From contig CAWDVR010000004.1 of NCBI GenBank assembly GCA_963805975.1, positions 96,001-160,000 of the forward strand: a stretch of 64,000 nucleotides of DNA. The letters run 5' to 3'. The position numbers were made by a program, and so were the translations under genes. Positions 18,547 to 28,005 of this stretch are shown here, one piece after another. Source of the stretch: an uncultured Acidobacteriota bacterium (GTDB lineage: Bacteria > Acidobacteriota > Thermoanaerobaculia > Multivoradales > SZUA-115). The notes under the pieces were generated by a model. The model did no database searches and was not told where the DNA came from. It saw only the letters and a program-made list of their open reading frames with translations. Within the stretch, counting starts at the first letter, position 1; each line of letters begins with the position of its first letter.

Positions 18547-19507
18547 CTACCAACTGCTCGAAGCCCCGCCGCCGCCAAAGCTCCCGCCGCCGCCCGAAAA
18601 GCCCCCGCCTCCCCCTCCTCCGAAGCCGCCAGCCGCCCCATCCACCACCTCCCCAGCCGCCGCCCGAGGACCACCACGAGCCGCCGGACGACCGGCGGTT
18701 CCGCGGGCGCTCCAGGAAGCGCTTGCCGGCCGCTGTGTTGCGGAACAGGTAGCGCGCGACGGGGAAGCCGACGAGCCACAGCAACGCTCCGGCGATACCG
18801 CCGGCCGGGCCGAGAAAGGTGTAGGGGATGCCGGCCCAGAAGGGGGTGAGGAACAGGTAGAGGAACCAGCCACCGAAGCCGGGGCTGGTCAGGGCACCAC
18901 CGGAGAAGAGCGCCAGCGGCAGGCCGAAGACCACGGCGAGGAGCAGGGCGCCGGGGATCGCCGGCAGGCTCGTGGGACCGCCGCTCTCGGAGGGTGGCGG
19001 CAGCGTGCCCTTGCCCTCGATCGTCGAGGCGATCACCGCGACGCCCTCCTCGATGCCGGCGCTGAAGTCCCCGCTCCGGAAGCGCGGCTTGATCACCTCC
19101 TCCAGGATGCGGCGGGCGAGCGCGTCGGGGAGCACCTCCTCGAGCCCGTAGCCCACCTCGAGACGCAGCTTGCGATCGTCCCTCGCCACGAAGAGGAGGG
19201 CGCCGTCGTCGAACTTCCCGCGGCCGAGCTTCCAGGTCTCGGCGACCCGAATGGTGTAGTCCTCGAGCGGCTCGCCTTCGAGGCTGGGCACGGTGAGCAC
19301 CGCCACCTGCGCTCCGCGCGTCCGCTCGAGCTCGCCGAGGAGCGACTCGATCCGCGCCTCGGCGTCCGGCGCCAGGATCTCGGCCTGATCGTTGACCCGG
19401 CCGGTGAGGTAGGGCACCTCGAGAGCCGCGGCGGCGAGCGCCAGAGCAGTGAGCGCCAGCGTGGTGAGCACGAGCGCGGCGAACCCCGCCACCCTCCGGC
19501 TAGACAT
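18547..19507 (-). CDS. TPM domain (YgcG-like) membrane protein with Gly-rich tail; frameshift near 18620
   Basis: VNDQAEIL, QVAVLTVPSLEG, RLEVGYGLE; typical GFSGGGGSFGGGGASSSW end lies in the ORF ending 18547. Confidence 0.85.
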
Positions 19508-20168
19508 CGCGCAGCCTTGGCTCGTTCGCCAGCTCGTCGCGGTCGTCGTCGCGTCTCCCCACTCCGCGTTCCTCGAGCAGCCGTCCGCAACGGCCGATGG
19601 CCTCGATCAGGGCCTCGGCCTGCCTGCCATGCCGGATACCGGCGGCGAGGTCATCGGCGATCGACCGCCACTCGGCACCCGGTACCTTGGCCCTGATCCC
19701 GGAGTCCGCCAGCACCAGCACCCGGTGCTCGAAGGCGGCCAGAAAGAGCAGCACGCCGGTGCGGTCGCGGGTGGCGAAGACCTCCTCTTCGAGAAATGCC
19801 TCGGCCGCCCGTTGCCCCACCCGGCGGTCGAGCACCGCCTCGTCGGTGAGCCAGCGCTGGAGCGTCGGCAGGAGCGCGGTCAGCGCATAGGCCGCCACGG
19901 CCGCGGCCACTACTGGCAGGCCGATCCAGAGGAGGCCGGAGCCTCCCCAGCGCTCCCCCGCCTGGTGGAGGAGGCTGGCCGCCAGGGCTGCCAGCACCGC
20001 CGCCCCGCCGGCGGCGCGGAAGCGGGCATCAGTATAGGGGTCGCAGCGGCCCACCACGTAGACCATGAGCTCGCCGCCGGTGCGCGCCTCGGCGGCCGCG
20101 GCCGCGGCGCGGATCGCCGCGAGGTCCGAGGGTGAGAACAGGCGCGAGACAGGGCCCGAGGACGTCAA
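19500..20168 (-). CDS. Second TPM domain membrane protein of the lemA cluster (start uncertain)
   Basis: AEARTGGEL, TRDRTGVLLF, VLADSGI, DELAN; possible TTG at 20168. Confidence 0.8.
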   Translation of the reverse strand: MTSSGPVSRLFSPSDLAAIRAAAAAAEARTGGELMVYVVGRCDPYTDARFRAAGGAAVLAALAASLLHQAGERWGGSGLLWIGLPVVAAAVAAYALTALLPTLQRWLTDEAVLDRRVGQRAAEAFLEEEVFATRDRTGVLLFLAAFEHRVLVLADSGIRAKVPGAEWRSIADDLAAGIRHGRQAEALIEAIGRCGRLLEERGVGRRDDDRDELANEPRLRDV

Positions 20169-20172
20169 GGCC

Positions 20173-20760
20173 CTAGAACTGCACCTTCGGCGGTTCGTCG
20201 GCGCCCGGCTTCGACTGGAAGTACGGCCGCTCGGCAAAGCCCATCAGGTTGGCAAGGAGCACCACCGGGAAGCGCCGGCGGGCGGTGTTGAGCTCCTGGG
20301 CCGCTTCGTTGAACTTCCTGCGCTCCTGGGCGATGCGGTTCTCCGTTCCCTCGAGCTGTACCTGGAGGTCGCGGAAACCCTCGGTGGCCTTGAGCTGGGG
20401 GTAGGCTTCCACCACCGCCATCAGGCGTGAGAGCGCGGAGGACAGGCCGTCCTGCGCCGCCTGGAAGCGGGCGAACTCTTCGGCCTGAGGCACGCCCGAG
20501 AACCGGACCTGGCCGACCTTGGCCCGAGCCTCGGTCACCGCCTCGAGCGTGCCACGCTCGAAATTGGCGGCGCCCTTCACTGTCTCGACCAGGTTGGGAA
20601 CGAGGTCGGCCCGACGCTGATAGACGTTCTCGACCTGGGCCCACGCCTGCTTGACGTTCTCGTCCAGTCCCACCAGACGGTTGTAGCCGCCGACGGCCCA
20701 CAGTCCCAACACCAGCAGCGCGGCGACCGCGGCGATACCGCAGCCCAGTTTTTTGCTCAT
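20173..20760 (-). CDS. lemA: LemA family protein
   Basis: YQRRADLVPNLV, EAYPQLKA, LEGTENRI. Confidence 0.93.
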   Translation of the reverse strand: MSKKLGCGIAAVAALLVLGLWAVGGYNRLVGLDENVKQAWAQVENVYQRRADLVPNLVETVKGAANFERGTLEAVTEARAKVGQVRFSGVPQAEEFARFQAAQDGLSSALSRLMAVVEAYPQLKATEGFRDLQVQLEGTENRIAQERRKFNEAAQELNTARRRFPVVLLANLMGFAERPYFQSKPGADEPPKVQF

Positions 20761-20918
20761 TGCCAGACCCTCGTCAGGAAGGGAGTCGTTTGCCCGCGTC
20801 AGCGCTCCGAGACCAGCGCCAGTATAGCGCCCGCTCCGGGAGCCTCCGGAACAGCGACGGTACGCGCAGAGGCGGAAGGGTATTCGCCGTGGGCGCCGCG
20901 CACCAAAGCGCTGTGCAC

Positions 20919-20951
20919 CAAAAGCAAAGGGCCCGGCAATGCCGGGCCCTC
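20919..20951 (-). terminator. Intrinsic terminator of secreted-protein copy A
   Basis: AGGGCCCGGC-ATT-GCCGGGCCCT stem then TTGCTTTT on the minus strand. Confidence 0.8.
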
Positions 20952-20992
20952 GGGTGGAGCTCTGGCCGCCAAATCGGCGGCGTGCCGGGAGG

Positions 20993-22267
20993 CTAAGGCA
21001 GGAGCTCGTCGGAAGCCGTGGCCGGGTCGGTGACGTTGCCCATCGAGAAGGCATCGAAGCCGACGCTGAAGCGGCCGTTGGCCGACATGAGCGCGGTGAC
21101 CCAGTTCTGCATCAGGGGCTCGAACGGCACCTGGCTACCGGCCACCGCGCTGTTCAGGTTGAGGTAGAGCCAGCCGAAGTCGAACGGCACCGGGAAATCA
21201 TCGCCACCCACGGCGGTCCGGTTCGCTTCCCAGGGGAAGGGGATCAGCGAGGTGCCGGGGATCACCGGCGAGAAGGGGCTGGACTCCGGGATGTCCGGGT
21301 TCTCGTGCTCGTCGAAGATCACGATCTGGCTCTGGCCGAGCGGGAACGGAGCCGGGAAGTCGAGCGCGCAGGAGAAGGGAGGGATGGTCCGCTTCGAGTC
21401 GCGCCACACCACCAGATCGGTGCCGCCCGAGAAGGCGCCGCCGTTGACGAAGCGCACGAAGAAGATGTTGTCCAGACCCTCGCGGGCGTCCGTGCCGCCA
21501 CTGAACTTGCGGTAGAAGGTGTAGTTGGCCGCGCCGAGGTTGACCGGATCGGCCTCGATGTGGACCATGGTCTCGCCCTGGGCGAAGTTGTTGGCGGAGT
21601 CGACGTAGAAGTAGTCGCCAAGAAGCACGTTCTGGAACGTGGCGGTGGAGCCGAAGTAGCCCGGATCGCCGGGGAAGTCGAGGCTGCAGGCGTTGACGGT
21701 GTCGACCGTGATGTAGCCGCGGGCGATGTTGTCGCCGTGGTCGATGGCCGAGCACAGGCCGCCGAAGACGACCGGCGACGGGCCACCGGTGTGGGCGGCG
21801 CGGATGTGCGCGAGGAGCACCGGCGGCAGGTTGGGCAGCGGCAGCTGGCCGTTGCAGCTCGCGAAGTTGATGTCCTGCGAGAAGATGCCCTGGTTACTGA
21901 TGCCGTCGTTGGGGTCCGCGGTGTCGCCCGGGTCCTGGCCGTCGGAGGCGGTCACCGGCGGGATCCCGTTGAACAGGTCGCGCAGGTTGATCGTCTGCAC
22001 GTCATACCCGGTGAGGTAGACGTTGAAGTCCAGGGTCGGCACCGAAAGGTCGGTCCACAGCGTGACGTGCGCCAGCACCGCGGTGGCCGAGGAGTTGTTG
22101 ATCGAGAACAGCGTGGTGATGCCGTCGTCGGCGTCCAGGTCGACCTCGAAGTAGGGCAGCAGCAGCGTCGCGGCGGGCACGTTGTCGATCGTGCCGATGT
22201 CCGCGCGAGCCACTCCGGGGGCGAGGACCAGGCCCAGGAAGAGCAGCAAGGCAAGAGCTCGTTTCAT
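20993..22267 (-). CDS. Secreted acidic protein of unknown function, candidate S-layer/surface protein, copy A
   Basis: Signal peptide MKRALALL..VARA; VPAATLLLPYFEVD N-terminus; strongly biased codons; own promoter and terminator. Confidence 0.8.
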   Translation of the reverse strand: MKRALALLLFLGLVLAPGVARADIGTIDNVPAATLLLPYFEVDLDADDGITTLFSINNSSATAVLAHVTLWTDLSVPTLDFNVYLTGYDVQTINLRDLFNGIPPVTASDGQDPGDTADPNDGISNQGIFSQDINFASCNGQLPLPNLPPVLLAHIRAAHTGGPSPVVFGGLCSAIDHGDNIARGYITVDTVNACSLDFPGDPGYFGSTATFQNVLLGDYFYVDSANNFAQGETMVHIEADPVNLGAANYTFYRKFSGGTDAREGLDNIFFVRFVNGGAFSGGTDLVVWRDSKRTIPPFSCALDFPAPFPLGQSQIVIFDEHENPDIPESSPFSPVIPGTSLIPFPWEANRTAVGGDDFPVPFDFGWLYLNLNSAVAGSQVPFEPLMQNWVTALMSANGRFSVGFDAFSMGNVTDPATASDELLP

Positions 22268-22397
22268 ACTCGATTCTCCAAACAAAGAAAATAAGAGCTG
22301 CCCACCATGGGTTTACAGCTCGACGACCGCGTGAGCAAAAAAGCTCCGACAAAACCGAACGCCTCTGTCGAGGACGCGACTCGGCGCGGGAGTGTAC
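22268..22397 (-). promoter_or_regulatory. -10 box (TACACT) plus structured ~120-nt 5' leader of copy A
   Basis: Hairpins CCTC/GAGG, GAGC/GCTC, GAGCTG/CAGCTC; conserved in the copy B leader. Confidence 0.6.
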
Positions 22398-22460
22398 ACG
22401 AACCTGGGCATTCTGTTGGAAATTTTCTTCCAGGACCCACCTGCGGATCTGTGGCCCCAC

Positions 22461-22492
22461 AAAGCAAAGGGCCCGGCAGAAGCCGGGCCCTC
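22461..22492 (-). terminator. Intrinsic terminator of secreted-protein copy B
   Basis: AGGGCCCGGC-TTCT-GCCGGGCCCT stem then TTGCTTT. Confidence 0.8.
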
Positions 22493-22533
22493 GGTGGAGT
22501 GTCCCACCGCCTTCGCAGGCGGCAGAGCAGATT

Positions 22534-23820
22534 CTACCGGCCGCCGCCGCCGATGAAAAAGTCGGAAGCCGTGGCCGGGTCGGTGACGTTGCCCATCGAG
22601 AAGGCATCGAAGCCGACGCTGAAGCGGCCGTTGGCCGACATGAGCGCGGTGACCCAGTTCTGCATCAGGGGCTCGAACGGCACCTGGCTACCGGCCACCG
22701 TGCTGTTCAGGTTGAGGTAGAGCCAGCCGAAGTCGAACGGCACCGGGAAATCATCGCCACCCACGGCGGTCCGGTTCGCTTCCCAGGGGAAGGGGATCAG
22801 CGAGGTGCCGGGGATCACCGGCGAGAAGGGGCTGGACTCCGGGATGTCCGGGTTCTCGTGCTCGTCGAAGATCACGATCTGGTTCTGGCTGAGCGGGAAC
22901 GGAGCCGGGAAGTCGAGCGCGCAGGAGAAGGGAGGGATGGTCCGCTTCGAGTCGCGCCACACCACCAGATCGGTGCCGCCCGAGAAGGCGCCGCCGTTGA
23001 CGAAGCGCACGAAGAAGATGTTGTCCAGACCCTCGCGGGCGTCCGTGCCGCCACTGAACTTGCGGTAGAAGGTGTAGTTGGCCGCGCCGAGGTTGACCGG
23101 ATCGGCCTCGATGTGGACCATGGTCTCGCCCTGGGCGAAGTTGTTGGCGGAGTCGACGTAGAAGTAGTCGCCAAGAAGCACGTTCTGGAACGTGGCGGTG
23201 GAGCCGAAGTAGCCCGGATCGCCGGGGAAGTCGAGGCTGCAGGCGTTGACGGTGTCGACCGTGATGTAGCCGCGGGCGATGTTGTCGCCGTGGTCGATGG
23301 CCGAGCACAGGCCGCCGAAGACGACCGGCGACGGGCCACCGGTGTGGGCGGCGCGGATGTGCGCGAGGAGCACCGGCGGCAGGTTGGGCAGCGGCAGCTG
23401 GCCGTTGCAGCTCGCGAAGTTGATGTCCTGCGAGAAGATGCCCTGGTTACTGATGCCGTCGTTGGGGTCCGCGGTGTCGCCCGGGTCCTGGCCGTCGGAG
23501 GCGGTCACCGGCGGGATCCCGTTGAACAGGTCGCGCAGGTTGATCGTCTGCACGTCATACCCGGTGAGGTAGACGTTGAAGTCCAGGGTCGGCACCGAAA
23601 GGTCGGTCCACAGCGTGACGTGCGCCAGCACCGCGGTGGCCGAGGAGTTGTTGATCGAGAACAGCGTGGTGATGCCGTCGTCGGCGTCCAGGTCGACCTC
23701 GAAGTAGGGCAGCAGCAGCGTCGCGGCGGGCACGTTGTCGATCGTGCCGATGTCCGCGCGAGCCACTCCGGGGGCGAGGACCAGGCCCAGGAAGAGCAGC
23801 AAGGCAAGAGCTCGTTTCAT
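22534..23820 (-). CDS. Secreted acidic protein of unknown function, candidate S-layer/surface protein, copy B
   Basis: Identical to copy A except 3 residues and the C-terminal tail (FFIGGGGR versus ELLP). Confidence 0.8.
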   Translation of the reverse strand: MKRALALLLFLGLVLAPGVARADIGTIDNVPAATLLLPYFEVDLDADDGITTLFSINNSSATAVLAHVTLWTDLSVPTLDFNVYLTGYDVQTINLRDLFNGIPPVTASDGQDPGDTADPNDGISNQGIFSQDINFASCNGQLPLPNLPPVLLAHIRAAHTGGPSPVVFGGLCSAIDHGDNIARGYITVDTVNACSLDFPGDPGYFGSTATFQNVLLGDYFYVDSANNFAQGETMVHIEADPVNLGAANYTFYRKFSGGTDAREGLDNIFFVRFVNGGAFSGGTDLVVWRDSKRTIPPFSCALDFPAPFPLSQNQIVIFDEHENPDIPESSPFSPVIPGTSLIPFPWEANRTAVGGDDFPVPFDFGWLYLNLNSTVAGSQVPFEPLMQNWVTALMSANGRFSVGFDAFSMGNVTDPATASDFFIGGGGR

Positions 23821-23948
23821 ATTCGGTTCTCCAAGCTACGAAAATGAGAGCTGCCCCACCATGGGTTTACAGCTCGATGACCGCGTGAGCAAAAGCTCCG
23901 ACAAACCCAACGCCTCTGTAGAGGACGCGACTCGGCGCGGGAGTGTAC
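23821..23948 (-). promoter_or_regulatory. -10 box (TACACT) plus structured 5' leader of copy B
   Basis: Same stems as the copy A leader, with differences mostly in loops and linkers. Confidence 0.6.
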
Positions 23949-24052
23949 ATGAACTTGGGCAGTTGGGGAAGCCCCTGACGATCCCGGAGGGACAGAGATA
24001 CCAGAGGGCCAAGGCCGTCTCTGGCATGGCTTGCTGGCCACCCTGCGCCCGC

Positions 24053-24325
24053 TCAGGTACCGCCGTCGATCTTCTTCTCGACCTCGTCGGCCGCATCCTC
24101 GATCTTGTCGCCGGCTTTCTCGATCCCATCGCCGGCCTTCTTGAGGGCTTTGTCGGCCGCCGATTCGATCTTCTGGCCGGCCTTCTCGAGCGCCGCGTCG
24201 ATCTTCTTGCCCGCGCGCTCGGCGGTCCCCTCCGGATCGGAGTGGCAGGCGGCGAGGCCGAGCAGGGAGGTGACAACCAGGGCGCCGAGCCCCGACCCCC
24301 CCTTCGTCCACGTGCTTTTCGTCAT
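24053..24325 (-). CDS. Small lipoprotein with Lys/Ala/Asp helical repeats
   Basis: Lipobox LAAC; AERAGKKID and KAGDKIED repeats; GAGGA SD. Confidence 0.8.
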   Translation of the reverse strand: MTKSTWTKGGSGLGALVVTSLLGLAACHSDPEGTAERAGKKIDAALEKAGQKIESAADKALKKAGDGIEKAGDKIEDAADEVEKKIDGGT

Positions 24326-24380
24326 CGGGTCCTCTCTCTCGGTGAAGGCTAGGCGCCCGCAGGCGCATCGCGCTTGGATT

Positions 24381-27300
24381 CTATGGCGCCTGGGCGAGAA
24401 TCCTGGCGAGCTTCTGCGGGTCGTCGGGCAACAGGCCGGCCGCGGGAAGGCGCGGCACAAGCCGAGCCCAGCGCTCCTCGGCCGCGAAGACGCGCCGGAA
24501 CACGGGAAGCGCTTCTTCCTCGTGCCCGCCGGCGAAGAGGGTCACCGCCTGCCAGAAGGGGATCTCGTGGATCTGCGGCGCCAGCGTCGAGGCCTTCGTG
24601 TAGTGCCCGAGGGCGAGCGGAACATCGTTCGCGGCCAGGGCCTCGTCGCCGCGGTTCATCTCCTGGTAGGCGCGGTGGAGCTCGATCAGGCGCCGGATCT
24701 CGGCGAGTGGCGCCGGATGGTCGTCCACCCGCAGATCGACGAGGCGGTCCTCCCAGCTCTTGCCGGTGCTCTGGGCGCGTACCACCACCAGCGCCGCGCT
24801 CTGCCGGCCGCGAATATCGCCACCCTCGGCCTCGGCTGCTTCGAGCGCGGCGAGCATGCGCTCGGCGAGATCGCCGCGGGCCGACTCGAAGGCTCTGGCC
24901 ATCGCCGGCCAGACCGTGGCCCGGTCCATGAGATTGGCCTGCACCGAATAGCCGTCGCCGGTCTGGTGGCCGGCCGCGGCGATGCACTTGCCGCCCGTCC
25001 AGGCCGCTACTCCACCCTTGGCATCCACCATCGCCACCTGCCGTACCGGGCTGCCGGGGTCCTTGGGCAGCAGCTCGTCGAGCGCCTGGCGAGCCGACCG
25101 GCCTTGTTTCATGGCCGCCAGGCCGAGGGGGCCGTAGTCGATGCGGGTGAAGGACTGGGTGGCCACCGCGCCCACTCCGGCTTCCGCCCACGCCACCACC
25201 GGGCCGACCTGGAACCAGTGGCTCTGTACCGCCACGCCGAGCTCGCCCGTTGCCGCGTCGCGCGCCACGATCGAGTAGGTGTGAGCGCGGGGCTCGTGCG
25301 CCACGGCGTTGCGAGTGCCGGGCACCAGCCGTAGCCGGTGGACGGCCGGCCCGGGCAGGAAGGGCGTGGGCTCGCCCCTCTCCCAGGCCTCGTGCCCCTT
25401 GCGGTAGTAGGGCGAGAGCGGATGCCCGCTCTGCCCGCCCGGCATGTGGAAGAAGCTCTCCTCCTCGCGGCCGGGTGAGACCACGAAGCGTTCGGAGGCG
25501 CCGTAGGCGGGGGTCTGGACGCGCGGCATGTCGTCGTCGCCCGGAAGCTGCCGCGGCGGCAGGTCGAGGAAACCCGAGAGCAGCGGCACGGCCCGCGACA
25601 GCGGATGTTGGATGCGCACCGTGTTGCGCTCGCCCCAGGTACGGTCGGCGAGGTCCGTGCCCTTGGCGGCGAGGGCGTCGAGCGCCGCGTCCACGGCGGC
25701 GAGCCGCTGCTCGTCCCAGCTCGCGAGCCGCGGGTCGAGCAGATGGAGCGGGCGCTCGTGGACCAGCTTCCACAGCGGCCCCTCGAACTGCCGCGTGGGC
25801 TGGAGGCCCTGGCCCGGCACGAAGCGCGCGGTCTCGAGCGCCGCGGGCTCGCCGGCCAGGGCCCCGAACACCTGCTGCGCGAGGAACGAGCGGAAGAGGC
25901 GCGTGGCGCGGTAGGCCACGGAGTCGAGCGCGGCATGGCCGGTCCACGTGGTCTCGACCAGCCGCCGGAGCTCGGCGCGCCGAGCGTTCGCCGCCACCGC
26001 TTCCGGCGTGAGGGTCGCGAGCAGCAGGTCGCGCCAGCGCTCGAGGAAGAGAGCGCGGTCGTCGAGCTGGAGGGCCAGCAGATCGCGCGGTGTCGCCTTG
26101 CCGAGGTTCGAGAGACCGTCGCGGATCTGGCGCGCGCGGGCGCCCAGGTCGTAGCCGCCGTCCCCCAGCCGGGCGAGCGCTTCGCCGTCCACGGTGCGGG
26201 CGTTGGCGGTCCAGAGCTGCCCGGAGGGCGGGTCGACGATCCGCGGCACCTCGTCGCCGGCCAGCCAGCCGTCCCAGCGGCGGGCGCCGTCCGCCCACGA
26301 GACGGGCAGCCGGCCGTCGAAGCCCACGCGCCGCGGGATGCGGCCGGCGACCGTCCAGCCGATGCGGCCACTATCGTCCGCCACCACGAGGTTCTGCGCC
26401 GGGATGCCGCCCCGCTGCGCCACGGCGATCGCCTCGTCGACCGAGGCCGCGCTCTCGACGCCCAGCATGGCGAAGCCCACCGCCTCCGGGTGGTGGGCCG
26501 TCCAGGCCAGGGCTCGCCGCCGTCCGTCAGGGCCCTCGTCGATCACCGGCCCCCAGATCGTCTCCTCGATCCTCGACAGCACCGGCACCCCACCCTTGAC
26601 CGCGATCGTCTCCTCCACCGCGACCAGCGCCTTGGGACCTTCCGGTGTGCGGTACACGGCGGGGCTCGCCTGATCGATCTCGAGCTCGATCAGGTCCAGC
26701 CAGTCGCCGTAGGTGTTGGTGAAGCCCCAGGCCACGTGGCCGTTGCTGCCCGTCACCACGGACGGCGTGCCCGGCAGCGTCACGCCCGCAGCAAAGCGCT
26801 CGCCGCCGCCCTCGTCCCGCCAGCGGAGCACGGCGCGGTACCAGGTGTTGGGCAGCGAGAAGCCGAGGTGCATGTCGTTGGCGAGCCAGGCACGGCCGTC
26901 GGCGGTGCGCGTCCCCGCCACTGCCCAGTTATTACTGCCGAGCATGGCCCGTTCGTAGGGCTCCTCCAAGGCTCCCGGTCGCGTTGGCCAAGGCCGTTCC
27001 ACCACCCGCTCGCCGCGGGCCCGCAGGTCGAAGACCTCTGGACCCGGGACCGGCGGCGTGACGAACGCATCGCCCGCGAGCGGCGCGTCCCACTCGGTGC
27101 CCGCCGGGGCCAGAAAGTCGAAGAGCGGACGCGGCAGGCGCCGGGCGAGGAGGTCGAGCGCCGCCTCGTCGGCGCCGTCGCCTTCCTGCAGCTCGAAGAA
27201 CATGGCGTACACGGCGAGCACGCTGTCCTCGCTCCTCCACGGCGCGACCGGGGCGCGGGCCGCCAAGTACTCGAAGGGTTTCTCGGAGAGTGCCGCCAGG

Positions 27301-27785
27301 CCCGCGTTGACGCCCTCGGCGTAGGCCTCGAGCACTGCCCGCTCGGCCGGGGCGGAGCGTTCGAGCACGGCTTGCGCGCGGTGGCGGAAGCGGTGCCGGC
27401 GGTGCCGCTCGTCGAGATCCACCGCCGCCGGCCCGAAGAGCTCGGCGAGCTCGCCCGCCGCCTGGCGGCGCAGGAGATCCATCTGGAAAAAGCGGTCCTG
27501 GGCGTGCAGGAAGCCCAGGGCGCGGGAGGCGTCGGCGCGGCTCGCGGCGAGCACGGTGGGCACGCCGAGATCGTCGCGCTCGATCTCGACCGCCGCCCCC
27601 AGGCCCGTCACGGCACGCTCGCCGTCGAGCTGCGGCAGACTGCCTCGGAGCTCGCTCCGCAGCCACAGCGCGCCGCCCCCGGCGCCGGCTACCAGCAGGC
27701 CGGCCATCAGCGCGAGGGCGCGCAGCAGGCGCCGGGGAGCCTTGCGTCGAGCGGGCTCTGCGAGAGGTAGGGCTCCGGCCATCAC
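24381..27785 (-). CDS. Penicillin acylase (peptidase S45) fused to a DUF1028-like Ntn-hydrolase domain and a TPR-like tail
   Basis: GFLHAQDRFFQMDLLRR, GSNNW, ANDMHL, PGGQSGHP; then HTYSIVARD..GVAVQS..GAVATQS..GGDIRGRQSAAL..DLRVDDH. Confidence 0.88.
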   Translation of the reverse strand: MMAGALPLAEPARRKAPRRLLRALALMAGLLVAGAGGGALWLRSELRGSLPQLDGERAVTGLGAAVEIERDDLGVPTVLAASRADASRALGFLHAQDRFFQMDLLRRQAAGELAELFGPAAVDLDERHRRHRFRHRAQAVLERSAPAERAVLEAYAEGVNAGLAALSEKPFEYLAARAPVAPWRSEDSVLAVYAMFFELQEGDGADEAALDLLARRLPRPLFDFLAPAGTEWDAPLAGDAFVTPPVPGPEVFDLRARGERVVERPWPTRPGALEEPYERAMLGSNNWAVAGTRTADGRAWLANDMHLGFSLPNTWYRAVLRWRDEGGGERFAAGVTLPGTPSVVTGSNGHVAWGFTNTYGDWLDLIELEIDQASPAVYRTPEGPKALVAVEETIAVKGGVPVLSRIEETIWGPVIDEGPDGRRRALAWTAHHPEAVGFAMLGVESAASVDEAIAVAQRGGIPAQNLVVADDSGRIGWTVAGRIPRRVGFDGRLPVSWADGARRWDGWLAGDEVPRIVDPPSGQLWTANARTVDGEALARLGDGGYDLGARARQIRDGLSNLGKATPRDLLALQLDDRALFLERWRDLLLATLTPEAVAANARRAELRRLVETTWTGHAALDSVAYRATRLFRSFLAQQVFGALAGEPAALETARFVPGQGLQPTRQFEGPLWKLVHERPLHLLDPRLASWDEQRLAAVDAALDALAAKGTDLADRTWGERNTVRIQHPLSRAVPLLSGFLDLPPRQLPGDDDMPRVQTPAYGASERFVVSPGREEESFFHMPGGQSGHPLSPYYRKGHEAWERGEPTPFLPGPAVHRLRLVPGTRNAVAHEPRAHTYSIVARDAATGELGVAVQSHWFQVGPVVAWAEAGVGAVATQSFTRIDYGPLGLAAMKQGRSARQALDELLPKDPGSPVRQVAMVDAKGGVAAWTGGKCIAAAGHQTGDGYSVQANLMDRATVWPAMARAFESARGDLAERMLAALEAAEAEGGDIRGRQSAALVVVRAQSTGKSWEDRLVDLRVDDHPAPLAEIRRLIELHRAYQEMNRGDEALAANDVPLALGHYTKASTLAPQIHEIPFWQAVTLFAGGHEEEALPVFRRVFAAEERWARLVPRLPAAGLLPDDPQKLARILAQAP

Positions 27786-27917
27786 GTTCCTCCGGGCGAG
27801 CCATGGTTCCGTCGAACGGCAGGATCGTAGCGCAAGGCTTTGTCAGGGCTGCAAGGTCGGAAGAGCCCTTCCGTCTTCTTGCGGTGTGCTCGGGAAGCTA
27901 CCCGGCCAGGGAGGTTG

Positions 27918-28000
27918 ATGTGTGTCAAGAAGGAGAGCGTCGCCTTCGCTTTCGACCACCACTTCGCCACGGCAGGGTTCCGGATGGTCGGTTCGCGGCC
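27918..28000 (+). pseudogene. Possible 3' remnant of a VapC/PIN toxin gene
   Basis: Reads VAFAFDHHFATAGF, resembling the AFxFDxHFxxAGF C-terminal motif of PIN toxins; no N-terminal part. Confidence 0.45.
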
Positions 28001-28005
28001 GCCGG

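Larger units (their letters stand above)
21008..23950. repeat. Tandem duplication, period 1553 bp, covering CDS and 5' leader
   Basis: 21008-22267 matches 22561-23820 except at 3 positions found by eye; leaders similar with small indels. Confidence 0.95.

Noticed and set aside
21148-22890. Diversity-generating retroelement: all 3 SNPs between the duplicated genes are A (copy B) versus G (copy A) on the coding strand
   Set aside because: Only three ordinary transitions; both copies are full genes; no reverse transcriptase or short template repeat in the window
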